Notes: generated by a model not told the origin, from the letters alone. A stretch of DNA of 64,000 nt from Longimicrobiales bacterium (GCA_965116905.1 OZ220732.1:640001-704000); one strand, 5' to 3'; positions 27,762-37,770 are shown, counted from the first letter of the stretch. Numbers and translations: made by a program.

Positions 27762-29479
27762 GAGCCTGGCCCGTCGCCGCGGGGAGCCGCCTTCCGTCCC
27801 ATCAGCAACACGCCCACCGCCAGCACCGTCGCCGCGCCGATCACGTTGTGCCACAGGAACGACACCTCGGGCGCGCCGAAGGTCACCGCAGCCACCGCCA
27901 GCATCCCGGCGAGCAGGCCCGCAAACGCGCCGATCCCCCGCGCCCGCGACAGCATGGCCAGCAGGAAGACCCCCAGGATCGAGCCATAGAAGAATGACCC
28001 GAAACGGTTCACGACCTCGATCAGCGAGCCGAGGCTGACCGCGTAGACCGCCACGAAGCACGCGAACACCCCCCAGAACGCGGTTGCGACTTTGGACACC
28101 CTGAGGTAGTGGGCATCGCTCTCCTCCGGCCGGAACCAGCGGCGGTAGAAGTCGATGATGCTCGTGGTCGACAGCGAGTTCAGTTCGGACGAAATGCTGG
28201 ACATGGCGGCCGCGATGATCGCTGCGATGAAGAGCCCGGCGAGGCCCACCGGCAACTCGCCGAGCACGAAGCGGGGGATGATGTAGTTGACGTCGCGGGA
28301 GGGTTCGCCGGTGACCTCTTCAGCCATGGACAGGGCCTCGGCCCGGATAAGCTGGACGTCCGCTTCCCGGGCCAGGAACTCGTCCATGGCCGCTTGCGCA
28401 CCAGCCTCCTGGCCAGCCGCCTCCTGACCGATCGCCGCCTGGCCGGCCGACCCGTCAGCCGCGCGGCGAGCCGCATCCTCCCTCAACTCCAACGCCTCGC
28501 CGTAGCGATCCTGCAGCGCCTGGTACTCGGCACCCCGGGCGTCCACCACCGCGCTCTCGTGGGCCGGGTTGTACAGCAGCGGCGCGGGGCGGAACTGGTA
28601 GTAGACAAAGACCATCACGCCGACGAGGAGCACCAGCGCCTGGAGCGGGATCTTCCAGTAGGCGCTCATCAGCAGCGAGGTGCGCGCGCCATCGACCGAC
28701 TTCGCGGCCAGGTAGCGCTGGACCTGGCTCTGGTCGGTGCCGAAGTAGGACAGCATGAGGAAGGTCCCGCCGATCAGCCCCGACCAGAAGGTGTACGTTT
28801 CGCTCAGGTCGAACGAGAAGTCGAAGACCTTGAGCCGGCCCGTGGCCCCCGCGATGTGGAGCGCTTCGCCCGGCGACACCGGCATCTGCACGATCAGCAC
28901 GACGACCACCGCCAGCAACGCGAAGACGATCAGGACCATCTGCTTGACGTCGGCCCAGGTGACCGCCTGAATGCCGCCCAGCATCGTGTAGGCGACCGTC
29001 GGCACCCCGATCAGCGCCACGCACCACACCAGCGGCCACCCGAACACCGCCGAGAACACCACCGCCGGCGCGGCGATGATCACCCCGCAGGACATGCCAC
29101 GCGACAGCAGGAAGAGCAGCGCGGTCAGTGTGCGCGTCCCCGGTCCGAAGCGCCGCTCCAGGTACTCGTAGGCGGTGTAGACGCCGGCGCCGCGCAGGAA
29201 CGGCACGAGCGTCACGCCCAGAATCACCATCGCGAGCGGCAGCCCGAAGTAGAACTGCACGAAGCGGAGGCCGTCGGTGGCGCCCTGGCCCGTCGTGCCG
29301 ATCATGGTGACCGCCGAAAGCTGCGTGGCCATCACCGAAAGGCCCACGGCCCACCACGGCAGCGAGCGGTTGGCGAGAAAGTATCCCTGGATCTCGTCGG
29401 TTCCCCGGGCCCGCCGCACCCCGTCCACGACGACGTACGCCAGGTAGGCGCCGACGATCAGCCAGTTGATCGGATGCAT
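27758..29479 (-). CDS. Sodium:solute symporter
   Basis: YFLANRSLPWWAVGLSVMATQLS, YEYLERRF, GTDQSQVQRYL, AAAMSSISSELNSL. Confidence 0.94.
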   Translation of the reverse strand: MHPINWLIVGAYLAYVVVDGVRRARGTDEIQGYFLANRSLPWWAVGLSVMATQLSAVTMIGTTGQGATDGLRFVQFYFGLPLAMVILGVTLVPFLRGAGVYTAYEYLERRFGPGTRTLTALLFLLSRGMSCGVIIAAPAVVFSAVFGWPLVWCVALIGVPTVAYTMLGGIQAVTWADVKQMVLIVFALLAVVVVLIVQMPVSPGEALHIAGATGRLKVFDFSFDLSETYTFWSGLIGGTFLMLSYFGTDQSQVQRYLAAKSVDGARTSLLMSAYWKIPLQALVLLVGVMVFVYYQFRPAPLLYNPAHESAVVDARGAEYQALQDRYGEALELREDAARRAADGSAGQAAIGQEAAGQEAGAQAAMDEFLAREADVQLIRAEALSMAEEVTGEPSRDVNYIIPRFVLGELPVGLAGLFIAAIIAAAMSSISSELNSLSTTSIIDFYRRWFRPEESDAHYLRVSKVATAFWGVFACFVAVYAVSLGSLIEVVNRFGSFFYGSILGVFLLAMLSRARGIGAFAGLLAGMLAVAAVTFGAPEVSFLWHNVIGAATVLAVGVLLMGRKAAPRGDGPGS

Positions 29480-29483
29480 GGGG

Positions 29484-29603
29484 CTACGCGTGATAGGTGG
29501 CCTGGAGCAGCCACAGCAAAGCGAGCGTCACCACCTGGACCAGAAGCACCCGCCCCAGCGTCACGCGGAAGCGGGTGCGGGTGTCCTGCCCGTCAGTGGT
29601 CAC
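29484..29603 (-). CDS. 39-aa single-TM peptide preceding the SSS gene
   Basis: GTG overlaps the MerR TGA; RFRVTLGRVLLVQVVTLALLWLLQATYHA; stop 4 nt before the SSS ATG. Confidence 0.65.
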   Translation of the reverse strand: MTTDGQDTRTRFRVTLGRVLLVQVVTLALLWLLQATYHA

Positions 29604-30379
29604 TGGCGACTCCTCCACCGCGCCTCGTTCGCCCGGATCGCATCCTGGACAAACGCGGCCAGCCCGCTGCCGCGCTTCTCGAAATACTTCTCGAAGCGCG
29701 GGTCCTCCGTGTACATCTCGGCGAGGCACCGGTGCATGTGGTGGTTGCACGGGTAGAACCAGCGGTCGATGTGGCAGCGGTGCTCCTCGGCCAGATCCAT
29801 CGCGGCCCGTCCGGCCGCCTGACCGCCCTCGGCCATCAGCTCGGCCAGCCTGGCCACCACCGTCTCGCCCTCTTCCCTGATCCTGGCCCAATCGCTCTTC
29901 CCGTAGCGGCGCGTGCGGCGCATCGACTCCCTGTAGGCGTCGGTGTCACCCCAGCGCTGCTCGGCCTCGTCCTGGTACTGCTCGTGGTCGAACTCCTCGA
30001 GCCCTTCGAACATCTCGGTCCTGTCCATTTCCGTCTCCTCCTCCATCGCCGTCAGGGCCCGGTCGACCCCGCGGATGATCCTGTCCGTTCTCTCCTGTCG
30101 CTCCCGCAGCAACTCCCGCTGCGCCACCAGCGCGCTGCGCCTGTCGTACGCCGGAGCGTCGAGCAGCTGCCCGATGGCGTCCAGACTGAAGCGCAGATCG
30201 CACAGTAGCCGAATCTGGCGCAGCCGCTCCAGATCGCCGTAGTCGTAGAGCCGGTAGCCCTGCTCCGACCGCCGCGACGGCACGAGCAGTCCGATCCGGT
30301 CGTAGTGGTGCAGCGTACGCACCGTGACGCGGGCCAGCGCGGCCACCTGGCCGACCGTGTGGAGTTGTGCAGCTTCCAT
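29600..30379 (-). CDS. MerR-family regulator with TipAS ligand-binding domain (TipA/Mta-like)
   Basis: TVRTLHHYDRIGLL, GYRLY; C-domain YQDEAEQRWGDTDAY...LAEMYTEDPRF. Start moved to 30379 because the ATG at 30388 lies within the -10 box. Confidence 0.92.
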   Translation of the reverse strand: MEAAQLHTVGQVAALARVTVRTLHHYDRIGLLVPSRRSEQGYRLYDYGDLERLRQIRLLCDLRFSLDAIGQLLDAPAYDRRSALVAQRELLRERQERTDRIIRGVDRALTAMEEETEMDRTEMFEGLEEFDHEQYQDEAEQRWGDTDAYRESMRRTRRYGKSDWARIREEGETVVARLAELMAEGGQAAGRAAMDLAEEHRCHIDRWFYPCNHHMHRCLAEMYTEDPRFEKYFEKRGSGLAAFVQDAIRANEARWRSRQ

Positions 30380-30386
30380 GGCGGAC

Positions 30387-30417
30387 ATGGTAAACCCTGA
30401 CGTTACGTAAGGGTCAA
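30387..30417 (-). promoter_or_regulatory. MerR-type promoter/operator with 19-bp spacer
   Basis: TTGACC-19 bp-TACCAT, with dyad CCCTTACGTAACGTCAGGG over the spacer. Confidence 0.88.
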
Positions 30418-30457
30418 GGGCCGGGCTCCTCGGGGGCCGGCGCGGTAGCGTATCGGC

Positions 30458-31060
30458 TCAACCCCCGCCCCCCGGCAGATACTTCGCCGGAATCGGGTGG
30501 TCCGGCCCCTCGCCGAGCCAGAAGATCGACACGACCCACCAGCGCGCACCGTCGTTCATCAGCTGGATCGAGTTGATGCCGCGCGCGAACGGCTCCGGAT
30601 CGCCCGCCAGCCGCCGCGACTCGTACGTGCTGAACGCGTGGGCAATCTGGCCGTATTCCTCGGTCACCCGGTGGATCTCGACCTCATGGAAGCCGTTGGC
30701 CTCCAGCATCTCGCCGACCCCTTCCGCGTACTCGTCGGGCGTGATCACCCTGCGCTGGTACGTCGACTCGCCGGGTGGCCGGCCGACCGGGCTCAGGGTG
30801 CCGCCGGGCGCGAACAGCGACAGGAAGCGGTCCCAGTCGCGCGCCACGCCCGCATCGCCCGAGATCACGTCGTAGAGGGCGGTGATGATGGCGTCGATGG
30901 ACTCGACATCTGCGGGGTTGGCGGGCGGAGCAGCGTTTTGTTGGGCTGAGGAGGGCGTCGGTGCGGCCGCGGCGGCCATGGCCACCAGGAACGCCACGGT
31001 GCCGGCGGCGGCGCGGAGGGAGGGTCGGGAGGATGGGCGCGGGGCAGTGGTCAGCCTCAT
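30458..31060 (-). CDS. Secreted NTF2/SnoaL-like protein
   Basis: Signal peptide; IDAIITALYDVISG, RDWDRF, IAHAFSTYE, RGINSIQL, WWVVSIFW. Confidence 0.75.
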   Translation of the reverse strand: MRLTTAPRPSSRPSLRAAAGTVAFLVAMAAAAAPTPSSAQQNAAPPANPADVESIDAIITALYDVISGDAGVARDWDRFLSLFAPGGTLSPVGRPPGESTYQRRVITPDEYAEGVGEMLEANGFHEVEIHRVTEEYGQIAHAFSTYESRRLAGDPEPFARGINSIQLMNDGARWWVVSIFWLGEGPDHPIPAKYLPGGGG

Positions 31061-31124
31061 GGGTCGCGGTCCTTGAATGGGTCGTGTGGAAGCGGCGAGC
31101 GAACTGGGCGCCGGACGCGGAAAG

Positions 31125-32267
31125 CTAACGCTGTTGGTCCGCGAGCCCACCGGTCCCGCAAACGGTGAATGTCCTCCGGCCCCTGCGGATCAGGTAGGGC
31201 TGCTTCGCGTCCGGAACCACAATGTAGTCTCGCCCGTGCGGATACCGGCGCCGGAACGCAGCCACCGGAGCCGGGCTGATCTCATCCGGGTCGATCTTGC
31301 ACTCGAAGGTATCCACCCGTCCTTCCGGCCGACGGACCACGAAGTCGACCTCCCGCCCCGACTTGTCACGCCAATAGAAGATGTGGTCGTCCAGGTGACG
31401 AAACCTGAGGGAGTCCAGCACCAGGTGTTCCCACAGGAGTCCGCGATCGTCCTCCCGGATTCGATTCCAGCCCCGCTCAAACGTCACGAAGCCCGTGTCG
31501 AAGGCGTAGCACTTGGGCCGGCTGACGATTTCCCCGCCACCGCCTCCCCGGAATGGCCGCAGCAGGTGGATGGCGTGCGCAATCTGAAGGGCCTCGACAT
31601 GGGACTTGACTGTGGGACGGCTCATCTCTGACAGCCGGGAAAGGCGACTGTAGTCGACCTGCCCGCCGCTCCACCTCATCAGAAGCCTGAACAGCCCAAG
31701 GAATCCCTGGCGATTGCGGACGCTGAACAGCTCAAGGACGTCCCGGGCGTAAAAGCTGTCGATCCACTCCGCAAACGCATGGGGAGACTTGGTCTCCGCC
31801 AGCAGCGCCTCCGGCAGTCCACCGTGCAGAAGGCGGCGGTCGAAGTCCGCGATCCCGAAGGCGCCGACACATTCCTCCCACAGGACCGGACAAAGGTGGA
31901 CCGCACGCTTGCGTCCTGTCAGCGAGTCACGAAACTTGCCGGTCGCGGCCAGCGTGGACGAGCCGGTGGCAAGGATTCTGAGGTGTGAGTATTCGTCGGC
32001 AGCGATCTTCAGCGTCAGGCTGGGATCCGGAAGACGATGCACTTCGTCGAGGACGAGCACCGCACGACGTCCTTGGCCGCCGAGGAAGAGCTCGGGGTCG
32101 GCCAGCGCGCGGGCGGTAGAGGGCAGATCGCAGTTGCAGTAGGTGATGTCGGGCACCATGCCCGCAAGGGTGGTCTTCCCCACCCGCCGCACACCCGAAA
32201 GCCAGACGATGGGCCTTTCGGACCATCCGCGCCGGATTCTCTCCAGCCACTGTGGACGCCGTATCAT
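31125..32267 (-). CDS. AAA_14 ATPase with DUF4143 (PD-(D/E)xK-like) C-terminal domain
   Basis: GVRRVGKTT, LVLDEVH, ATGSS, GGLPE, PKCYAFDTG, YWRDKSGREVDFV, FECK. Confidence 0.9.
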   Translation of the reverse strand: MIRRPQWLERIRRGWSERPIVWLSGVRRVGKTTLAGMVPDITYCNCDLPSTARALADPELFLGGQGRRAVLVLDEVHRLPDPSLTLKIAADEYSHLRILATGSSTLAATGKFRDSLTGRKRAVHLCPVLWEECVGAFGIADFDRRLLHGGLPEALLAETKSPHAFAEWIDSFYARDVLELFSVRNRQGFLGLFRLLMRWSGGQVDYSRLSRLSEMSRPTVKSHVEALQIAHAIHLLRPFRGGGGGEIVSRPKCYAFDTGFVTFERGWNRIREDDRGLLWEHLVLDSLRFRHLDDHIFYWRDKSGREVDFVVRRPEGRVDTFECKIDPDEISPAPVAAFRRRYPHGRDYIVVPDAKQPYLIRRGRRTFTVCGTGGLADQQR

Positions 32268-32273
32268 AAGTGT

Positions 32274-32302
32274 ATTTTACATTTAGTCAGTCAAAATGAC
32301 AA
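32274..32302 (-). promoter_or_regulatory. Near-consensus sigma70 promoter, leaderless, for the AAA_14 gene
   Basis: TTGTCA-17 bp-TAAAAT-6 nt-ATG; CATTT...AAATG dyad over the spacer. Confidence 0.75.
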
Positions 32303-32392
32303 ATACGATTCGCAGTCGGTGGCGACGTCCGACCCCCGGCAGCCCGCACGCCGGTTGCGCCGCCCGCCCATATCGCCCGAGGTTGCCACTCC

Positions 32393-32599
32393 ATGAAGTC
32401 CTTCTTCCCGATGGTGCGCCGCGAGGGCATGACGCTCGTGTTCCTGATCGCCTTCGCCACGTTCGCTTTCATCCCCGTGTGGCGCGAACTCGAGGTCGGC
32501 GGCATGGCCGTGTTCGGCTGGCTGATCGCGGCCCTGATGCTGATTTCGCCGGCCGTCACGCTCGTGGCCTTCCTCCGGCGCCGGGGTAATTCGGACTGA
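32393..32599 (+). CDS. Small two-TM partner of the SSS transporter
   Basis: 68 aa, two hydrophobic segments, TGATG coupling to the next gene. Confidence 0.75.
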   Translation: MKSFFPMVRREGMTLVFLIAFATFAFIPVWRELEVGGMAVFGWLIAALMLISPAVTLVAFLRRRGNSD

Positions 32600-34026
32600 T
32601 GCTCCTCGAGCGCGTCCTCGTCGGCATCTACCTGGCCGCCTGCATCGGGATCGGGATCTGGGCCTCGAAAAAGGTCCTGACCTCGCGCAGCGAGTACTGG
32701 GTGGCGGGCAGGCGCATCGGCACGGTCGTCAATTCGATGGCGATCATGGCGGCGCTGGCGAGTGGCGGCTCGATCATCGGCGTGATGGGCCTGGCGTACG
32801 CGCAGGGCATCCCGGCCACTCTGGCGCTCTTCGGCGGGTCGGTGGTCGGCTTTTCGCTCGCTTCGATCCTCGTCGCCAGGCCGCTCCGCAACTTCGGCAA
32901 GTTCACGATCACCGACTTCCTGAGCTTCCGGTATCCGCACGCGCTGGTGCGCTACCTGGTCCCCATCCTCATCGTTATCGCCTTCACCATCTACATCGTG
33001 GCGCAGCTCAAGGCGGCCGGCATCGCCGCGGAAGCGCTGCTCGGAATCCCGTACAACACGGCGCTGGCAATCGCGACAGTGGTGTTCGTCGTGTACGTCT
33101 CGTTCGGGGGCATGGTCGCGATCACCTGGACGGACGTGATCCAGGGCTTCCTCATGGTGCTGGTCGTGGTGGGCACCGCCGCCGTGCTTGTGTGGCGGGT
33201 GGGATCGCCCGTCGAGATCATGAGCCAGGCCACGGCCGTGGCGCCCGAACTGGGGCAGGTCGCGCACCGGCCCGTGTCCAGCTACCTCGGCTACTTCGTG
33301 ATCTGGGCCACGGCCATCCCCGTGATCCCCCACATCGTCATGCGCGTCTTCACCGCGCGCGACGCCGACAGCGCGCGCATGTCGCTGAACCTGTCGATGC
33401 TCGTGTACAGCGTGATGATCCTCGCGGCGGTGCTCGTCGTCGTGCCGGTCGGCCGCATGGACTTTCCCGGGTTGCAGGACGCGGACGAGCTCTTCCTGCG
33501 CGTGATGGAGACGCAGTTCTCGCCGCTGATCCGCGGCATTGCGGTTGCCGCCGTACTCGCCGCCGTCATGTCCACCACCGATGCGCTTCTCCTCGCCTGC
33601 AGCTCCGCGGTCGCGCACGACATCCTGGGCGGGCTGGGGCGCGGCCGCGCGAGCGAACGCACCCTCAGCCTGGTGCGCATCGTCACGACCTGGGTGATCG
33701 GGACCGCGGCCCTCCTGTGGGCGTTCTCGCCGCCCGAACTGATCACCCAGTTCTACACGGCCGGCGTCGGCGTGCTCAGCTCCAGCCTGTTCGTGCCCAC
33801 CGTGGCCGGGCTCTGGTGGAAGCGGGCCAACCTGGCGGGTGGCGTCGGGGCGGTCGTGTCGGGCGCGGGCGTCTACATGGTGGTGCAGCTCGGGATCGTC
33901 GATATCGGCGTGGCGCCGGTGGTTGTCGCGCTCGCCGCCAGCGCCGCGGCCATGATCCTGGGCGGGCTGTTCGGTCCGCGGGAATCCAGCGAGATGGTCG
34001 GGCACATCGAGGCGCTTCACGGGTAG
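32599..34026 (+). CDS. Sodium:solute symporter (PutP/ActP-like)
   Basis: YWVAGRRIG, TITDFLSFRY, ITWTDVIQG, PHIVMRVF, AAVMSTTDALLL. Confidence 0.93.
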   Translation: MLLERVLVGIYLAACIGIGIWASKKVLTSRSEYWVAGRRIGTVVNSMAIMAALASGGSIIGVMGLAYAQGIPATLALFGGSVVGFSLASILVARPLRNFGKFTITDFLSFRYPHALVRYLVPILIVIAFTIYIVAQLKAAGIAAEALLGIPYNTALAIATVVFVVYVSFGGMVAITWTDVIQGFLMVLVVVGTAAVLVWRVGSPVEIMSQATAVAPELGQVAHRPVSSYLGYFVIWATAIPVIPHIVMRVFTARDADSARMSLNLSMLVYSVMILAAVLVVVPVGRMDFPGLQDADELFLRVMETQFSPLIRGIAVAAVLAAVMSTTDALLLACSSAVAHDILGGLGRGRASERTLSLVRIVTTWVIGTAALLWAFSPPELITQFYTAGVGVLSSSLFVPTVAGLWWKRANLAGGVGAVVSGAGVYMVVQLGIVDIGVAPVVVALAASAAAMILGGLFGPRESSEMVGHIEALHG

Positions 34027-34034
34027 GAGAGCGA

Positions 34035-34403
34035 ATGCGAGCAATCACAATCGCCCTGGCTGCCCTGACCATGCAGGGATGCGGGATCTTCGACACGGGC
34101 CTGGTCTGCACCGCCCAATACGTATACGCGGTCACGGTCGAGGTGCAGGACGCCTTGACGGGCGGACCGCCGGATGCCGTGCCGAGAGGGACCCTTGTGG
34201 ACGGACAATACCGCGAGACCATGGAGCTGCACGGCGAGCAGTTCCTGTACGGCGGTGGAGAGCGTCCCGGTACCTACGTTGTCGAGGTTCGGGCTGACGG
34301 TTACCGGCCATGGCGAGTCGAAGGGGTGGAGGCGGGGCACGATGGTTGTCATGTCGAGAACATTCATCTCCTCGCCGAACTGGTCGCGCCGACTGCACCC
34401 TGA
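34035..34403 (+). CDS. Small lipoprotein with carboxypeptidase-regulatory-like fold
   Basis: AGGAG RBS, lipobox MQGC, CTAQY, ERPGTYVVEVRADGYRPW, DGCHV. Confidence 0.7.
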   Translation: MRAITIALAALTMQGCGIFDTGLVCTAQYVYAVTVEVQDALTGGPPDAVPRGTLVDGQYRETMELHGEQFLYGGGERPGTYVVEVRADGYRPWRVEGVEAGHDGCHVENIHLLAELVAPTAP

Positions 34404-34424
34404 CGGCCACCGCGACGTCGTAAC

Positions 34425-35711
34425 GTGAAGCGGAAGAGATTCGGAGGCGGCCGGGTCAGCTTCGGTCAACAATCCATCGGCCGGCGCGACTTCGTTTGCC
34501 GTGTGGGGGGCGGGCTGGCGGGGGGCGGGCTGGCCGGCGGGCTGGCCAGCGGGCTGGCGGGCAGCGGGCTCGCGGGGCTCGGTCTGGTCTCCTGCTCCAG
34601 TCCGCTCGAACCCGAAGACACCCCCGGGGCGCTGACCTCGCCGTCGCGGCCACTCCAGATCATTGTGGTCGGTGCCGGCATGTCCGGGCTGGTCGCGGCC
34701 TGGGAACTCTCGCGGGCCGGGCACGACGTGACGGTGCTGGAGGCGCGGGAGCGCGTCGGCGGACGCGTCCTGACGCTGCGGTCCCCGTTTGCTTCCGGGC
34801 ACTCCGCCGAGGCGGGCGCCGCGCGCATACCTCCGGAGCACGAGCTGACTCTGGGATACGCGCGCCATTTCGGACTGGAACTGGACCGCTTCTACCCCGA
34901 GGACGGGCTGTTTCTGCGTGTCCAGAACGGGCAGCGGGCGACGGTTCCCGCGGGGTCCTTTCTCTCCGAATGGCCCGACTTCGCGAAAATCCGGGGCGGC
35001 ACCGACCGCTTGCCCGCCGCCTTTGCGGACGCCCTGGGAAACCGCGTAGTCACGACCGCGCCCGTCACCGAAATCGCAGTCGGGGCCGGGAACGCCGTGG
35101 GCATCACCACCGCCGACGGCGGCCACTACCTGGCGGACAGGGTCCTGGTGACCGTGCCGGTGCCCCTTCTCTCCACCATCCGCTTCTCACCGCCGCTCTC
35201 CGCCGCCAAAACCGAGGCGATGAACGGAGGCTTCCACTACCAGAGCGCCACGCGCGTTTTCGTCCGGTTCCGCACGCGGTTCTGGGAAAGCGACGGCCTG
35301 AACGGCTGGGGAACGACCGACTGGCCCGAAGAACTCTGGCATCCCACCTGGGACACGCCGGGTCCCGGAGGCGTCCTGCTCACCTACGTGCGCGGCGCCC
35401 GCGCGGACGAACTCGATCCGCTCGACGGCGACGCCCGCGTGGCCCGCGTCCTGGCCCACTGGGAGGACTTCCTGCCGGGTGCCGCCAGCCACGCCGCAAC
35501 CGGCACCTCGCACTCGTGGCAGCGGGACCCCTGGAGCCGCGCCGCCTGGGCCGAACCCACGCCGACGCAGGACAGAGAACTCGGCAGCGCGCTCGCCCGG
35601 CCCGAGGGACCGGTCCATTTCGCCGGCGAGCACATTTCGGGCGCCCGCGGGTGGATGAACGGGGCGCTCGAGTCGGGTATCCGGGCCGCGCGCGAGATCA
35701 ACGCGGGCTGA
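34425..35711 (+). CDS. Flavin monoamine oxidase family protein with Tat-like signal
   Basis: RRDFV, VGAGMSGL, LEARERVGGR, HFAGEH, GWMNGALESG. Confidence 0.9.
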   Translation: MKRKRFGGGRVSFGQQSIGRRDFVCRVGGGLAGGGLAGGLASGLAGSGLAGLGLVSCSSPLEPEDTPGALTSPSRPLQIIVVGAGMSGLVAAWELSRAGHDVTVLEARERVGGRVLTLRSPFASGHSAEAGAARIPPEHELTLGYARHFGLELDRFYPEDGLFLRVQNGQRATVPAGSFLSEWPDFAKIRGGTDRLPAAFADALGNRVVTTAPVTEIAVGAGNAVGITTADGGHYLADRVLVTVPVPLLSTIRFSPPLSAAKTEAMNGGFHYQSATRVFVRFRTRFWESDGLNGWGTTDWPEELWHPTWDTPGPGGVLLTYVRGARADELDPLDGDARVARVLAHWEDFLPGAASHAATGTSHSWQRDPWSRAAWAEPTPTQDRELGSALARPEGPVHFAGEHISGARGWMNGALESGIRAAREINAG

Positions 35712-35823
35712 GGGCGCCAACGATTGCGCCCGGCGGCCGGGCAGACAGATCCCTCGCCGCCGCTGTGCCGATACCGTACCATGCGTTGAGCGTTCGCCCA
35801 TCGACCATCCCGGAGGAAAGACC

Positions 35824-37665
35824 GTGAAGACCGCCCCACGCACCGCAACCCTGTTCATCGGAGGCCTCCTCTTCACCGGGACCGGTGTCACCGCTCAGCA
35901 GCGCCCGGAGCGCGACCCGAACAGCATGGGCGGCGGAGACTGCGCGGCCAACGTCTACAACTGCCGCGACACGCCGAACCCGCTTCCGGCCCCGAACACG
36001 GTCTGGATCGAGGAGATGACGTGGATGGACGTCCGCGATGCCCTGGCCGACGGCATGACCACGGCCATCATCCCCACCGGCGGCGTCGAGCCCAACGGTC
36101 CCTGGCTCGCCACCGGCAAGCACAACTTCGTGCTGCGCGCCAACTGCGACGCGATCGCGCGCGAGCTGGGCGACGCGCTGTGCGCCCCGATCATCAAGCT
36201 GGTGCCCGAGGGGAATATCGACCCGCCCAGCGGCCACATGACCAGCCCCGGCACCCTCAGCCTGCGTCAGGAGACCTTCGAGGGGCTGCTGACCGATGTC
36301 GCGCACAGCCTGAAGATGCACGGCTTCCGCAACATCATCTTCATCGGGGACAGCGGGGGGAACCAGGGCGGCCAGCGCGCCGTGGCCGAGCGGCTCAACG
36401 AGAAGTTCGCGGGCGCGGCGATCGTGGCCCACGTGCAGGAGTACTACGACTACAACTCGGTCACGCGGTACATGGCCTTCCGGGGGCTGGAGACCGGTGA
36501 GAACGAGGGCCTGCACGACGACCCGATCATCGCCCTGAACATGTTCTACGACGACCCGTTCTCGGTGCGCTTCAACGAGCGGGTCGCGGCGGGCAAGGCG
36601 ACGATCAACGGTGTCTCGCTCGCGGACCGGGTCAAGTCGCTGGAGCTGGCCCGCGAGATCGTGGCGTTCCGCGCCGGACACACCGCCGACGCCATCCGCA
36701 CCGCTATCGCCAACCGGGGCACGCTGCCGGCACCCGACCGGTCGGCCCGGTTCGCGGCCATGCGGCGCGCGGCCGGGGGGCAGGCACAGCGTCCGGGCGG
36801 GGGACAGCGTCCGGGCGGGGGACCGGGTGGTCAGCGCCCCGCCCCCGATCCCCGCTCGATGGGCGGCGGCCAGTGCAGCGCCAACATCTACAACTGCGCC
36901 GACACGCCCAACCCCCTGCCCCCGGTCGGTACGCCGTGGATCGAGGAGATGACGTGGATGGACGTCCGCGACGCCCTAGCAGACGGCAAGACCACGGCCA
37001 TCATCGCCACCGGCGGCGTCGAGCCCAACGGTCCCTGGCTGGTGACGGGCAAGCACAACTACGTGCTGCGCGCCAACTGTCCCGCGATCGCGCGCAAGCT
37101 CGGCACTGCGCTCTGCGCACCCGTGATCGAGACCGTGCCCGAGGGCAATATCGACCCGCCCAGCGGCCACATGACCAGCCCGGGCACGATCAGCCTGCGC
37201 CAGGAGACCTTCGAGGCCGTCCTCACCGATGTCGCGCACAGCCTCAAGATGCACGGCTTCGAGAACATCGTGCTCATCGGCGACAGCGGCGGGAACCAGC
37301 GCGGCATGGAGAACGTGGCCAACGCGCTCACCGAGGCCTGGGGCGGCGAGGCCGCCGTCCACTTCATCCCCGAGTACTACCGGGCGCCTCCGGGCAGCCC
37401 GAACGTGCTCCGCGACCTGGGCGTCGTCACCGACGACATGACCAGCGATGCGCTCCACGACAATCCGACGATCACGTTGAACATGATGCTCGACGACCCG
37501 GCGTCGGTGCGCTGGGGCGCTCGCGTGAAGGCCGGCCAGGCGGTGATCGACGGGTTCTCCATCGCCGATCTGGGCAGGTCGCTCGAACTCGGGCGCCAGA
37601 TCTCCGATGCGCGCGCCGAGCGCACCGCGCGAGTGATCGAGGAGAGGATACGTGAGGAATCATGA
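35824..37665 (+). CDS. Secreted protein with two tandem creatininase-family domains
   Basis: Two copies of WIEEMTWMDVRDAL...GGVEPNGPWL...PGT(L/I)SL...IGDSGGNQ joined by a QRPGGG linker. Confidence 0.88.
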   Translation: MKTAPRTATLFIGGLLFTGTGVTAQQRPERDPNSMGGGDCAANVYNCRDTPNPLPAPNTVWIEEMTWMDVRDALADGMTTAIIPTGGVEPNGPWLATGKHNFVLRANCDAIARELGDALCAPIIKLVPEGNIDPPSGHMTSPGTLSLRQETFEGLLTDVAHSLKMHGFRNIIFIGDSGGNQGGQRAVAERLNEKFAGAAIVAHVQEYYDYNSVTRYMAFRGLETGENEGLHDDPIIALNMFYDDPFSVRFNERVAAGKATINGVSLADRVKSLELAREIVAFRAGHTADAIRTAIANRGTLPAPDRSARFAAMRRAAGGQAQRPGGGQRPGGGPGGQRPAPDPRSMGGGQCSANIYNCADTPNPLPPVGTPWIEEMTWMDVRDALADGKTTAIIATGGVEPNGPWLVTGKHNYVLRANCPAIARKLGTALCAPVIETVPEGNIDPPSGHMTSPGTISLRQETFEAVLTDVAHSLKMHGFENIVLIGDSGGNQRGMENVANALTEAWGGEAAVHFIPEYYRAPPGSPNVLRDLGVVTDDMTSDALHDNPTITLNMMLDDPASVRWGARVKAGQAVIDGFSIADLGRSLELGRQISDARAERTARVIEERIREES

Positions 37666-37770
37666 AGGCAAGCCGGTAGCACGGGTGTTACCCTTTCATC
37701 AGGATTCCGCCAGCCTGATCGGCAGTCTGCGGGACAAGATCAAGATCAGCGGCGACATCATCCAAGCCCC
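37662..37770 (+). pseudogene. Probable 5'-truncated Phd/YefM-family antitoxin relic
   Basis: GKPVARVLPF...SLIGSLRDKIKISGDII resembles the C-terminal half of Phd-type antitoxins; no N-terminus and no toxin. Confidence 0.55.
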
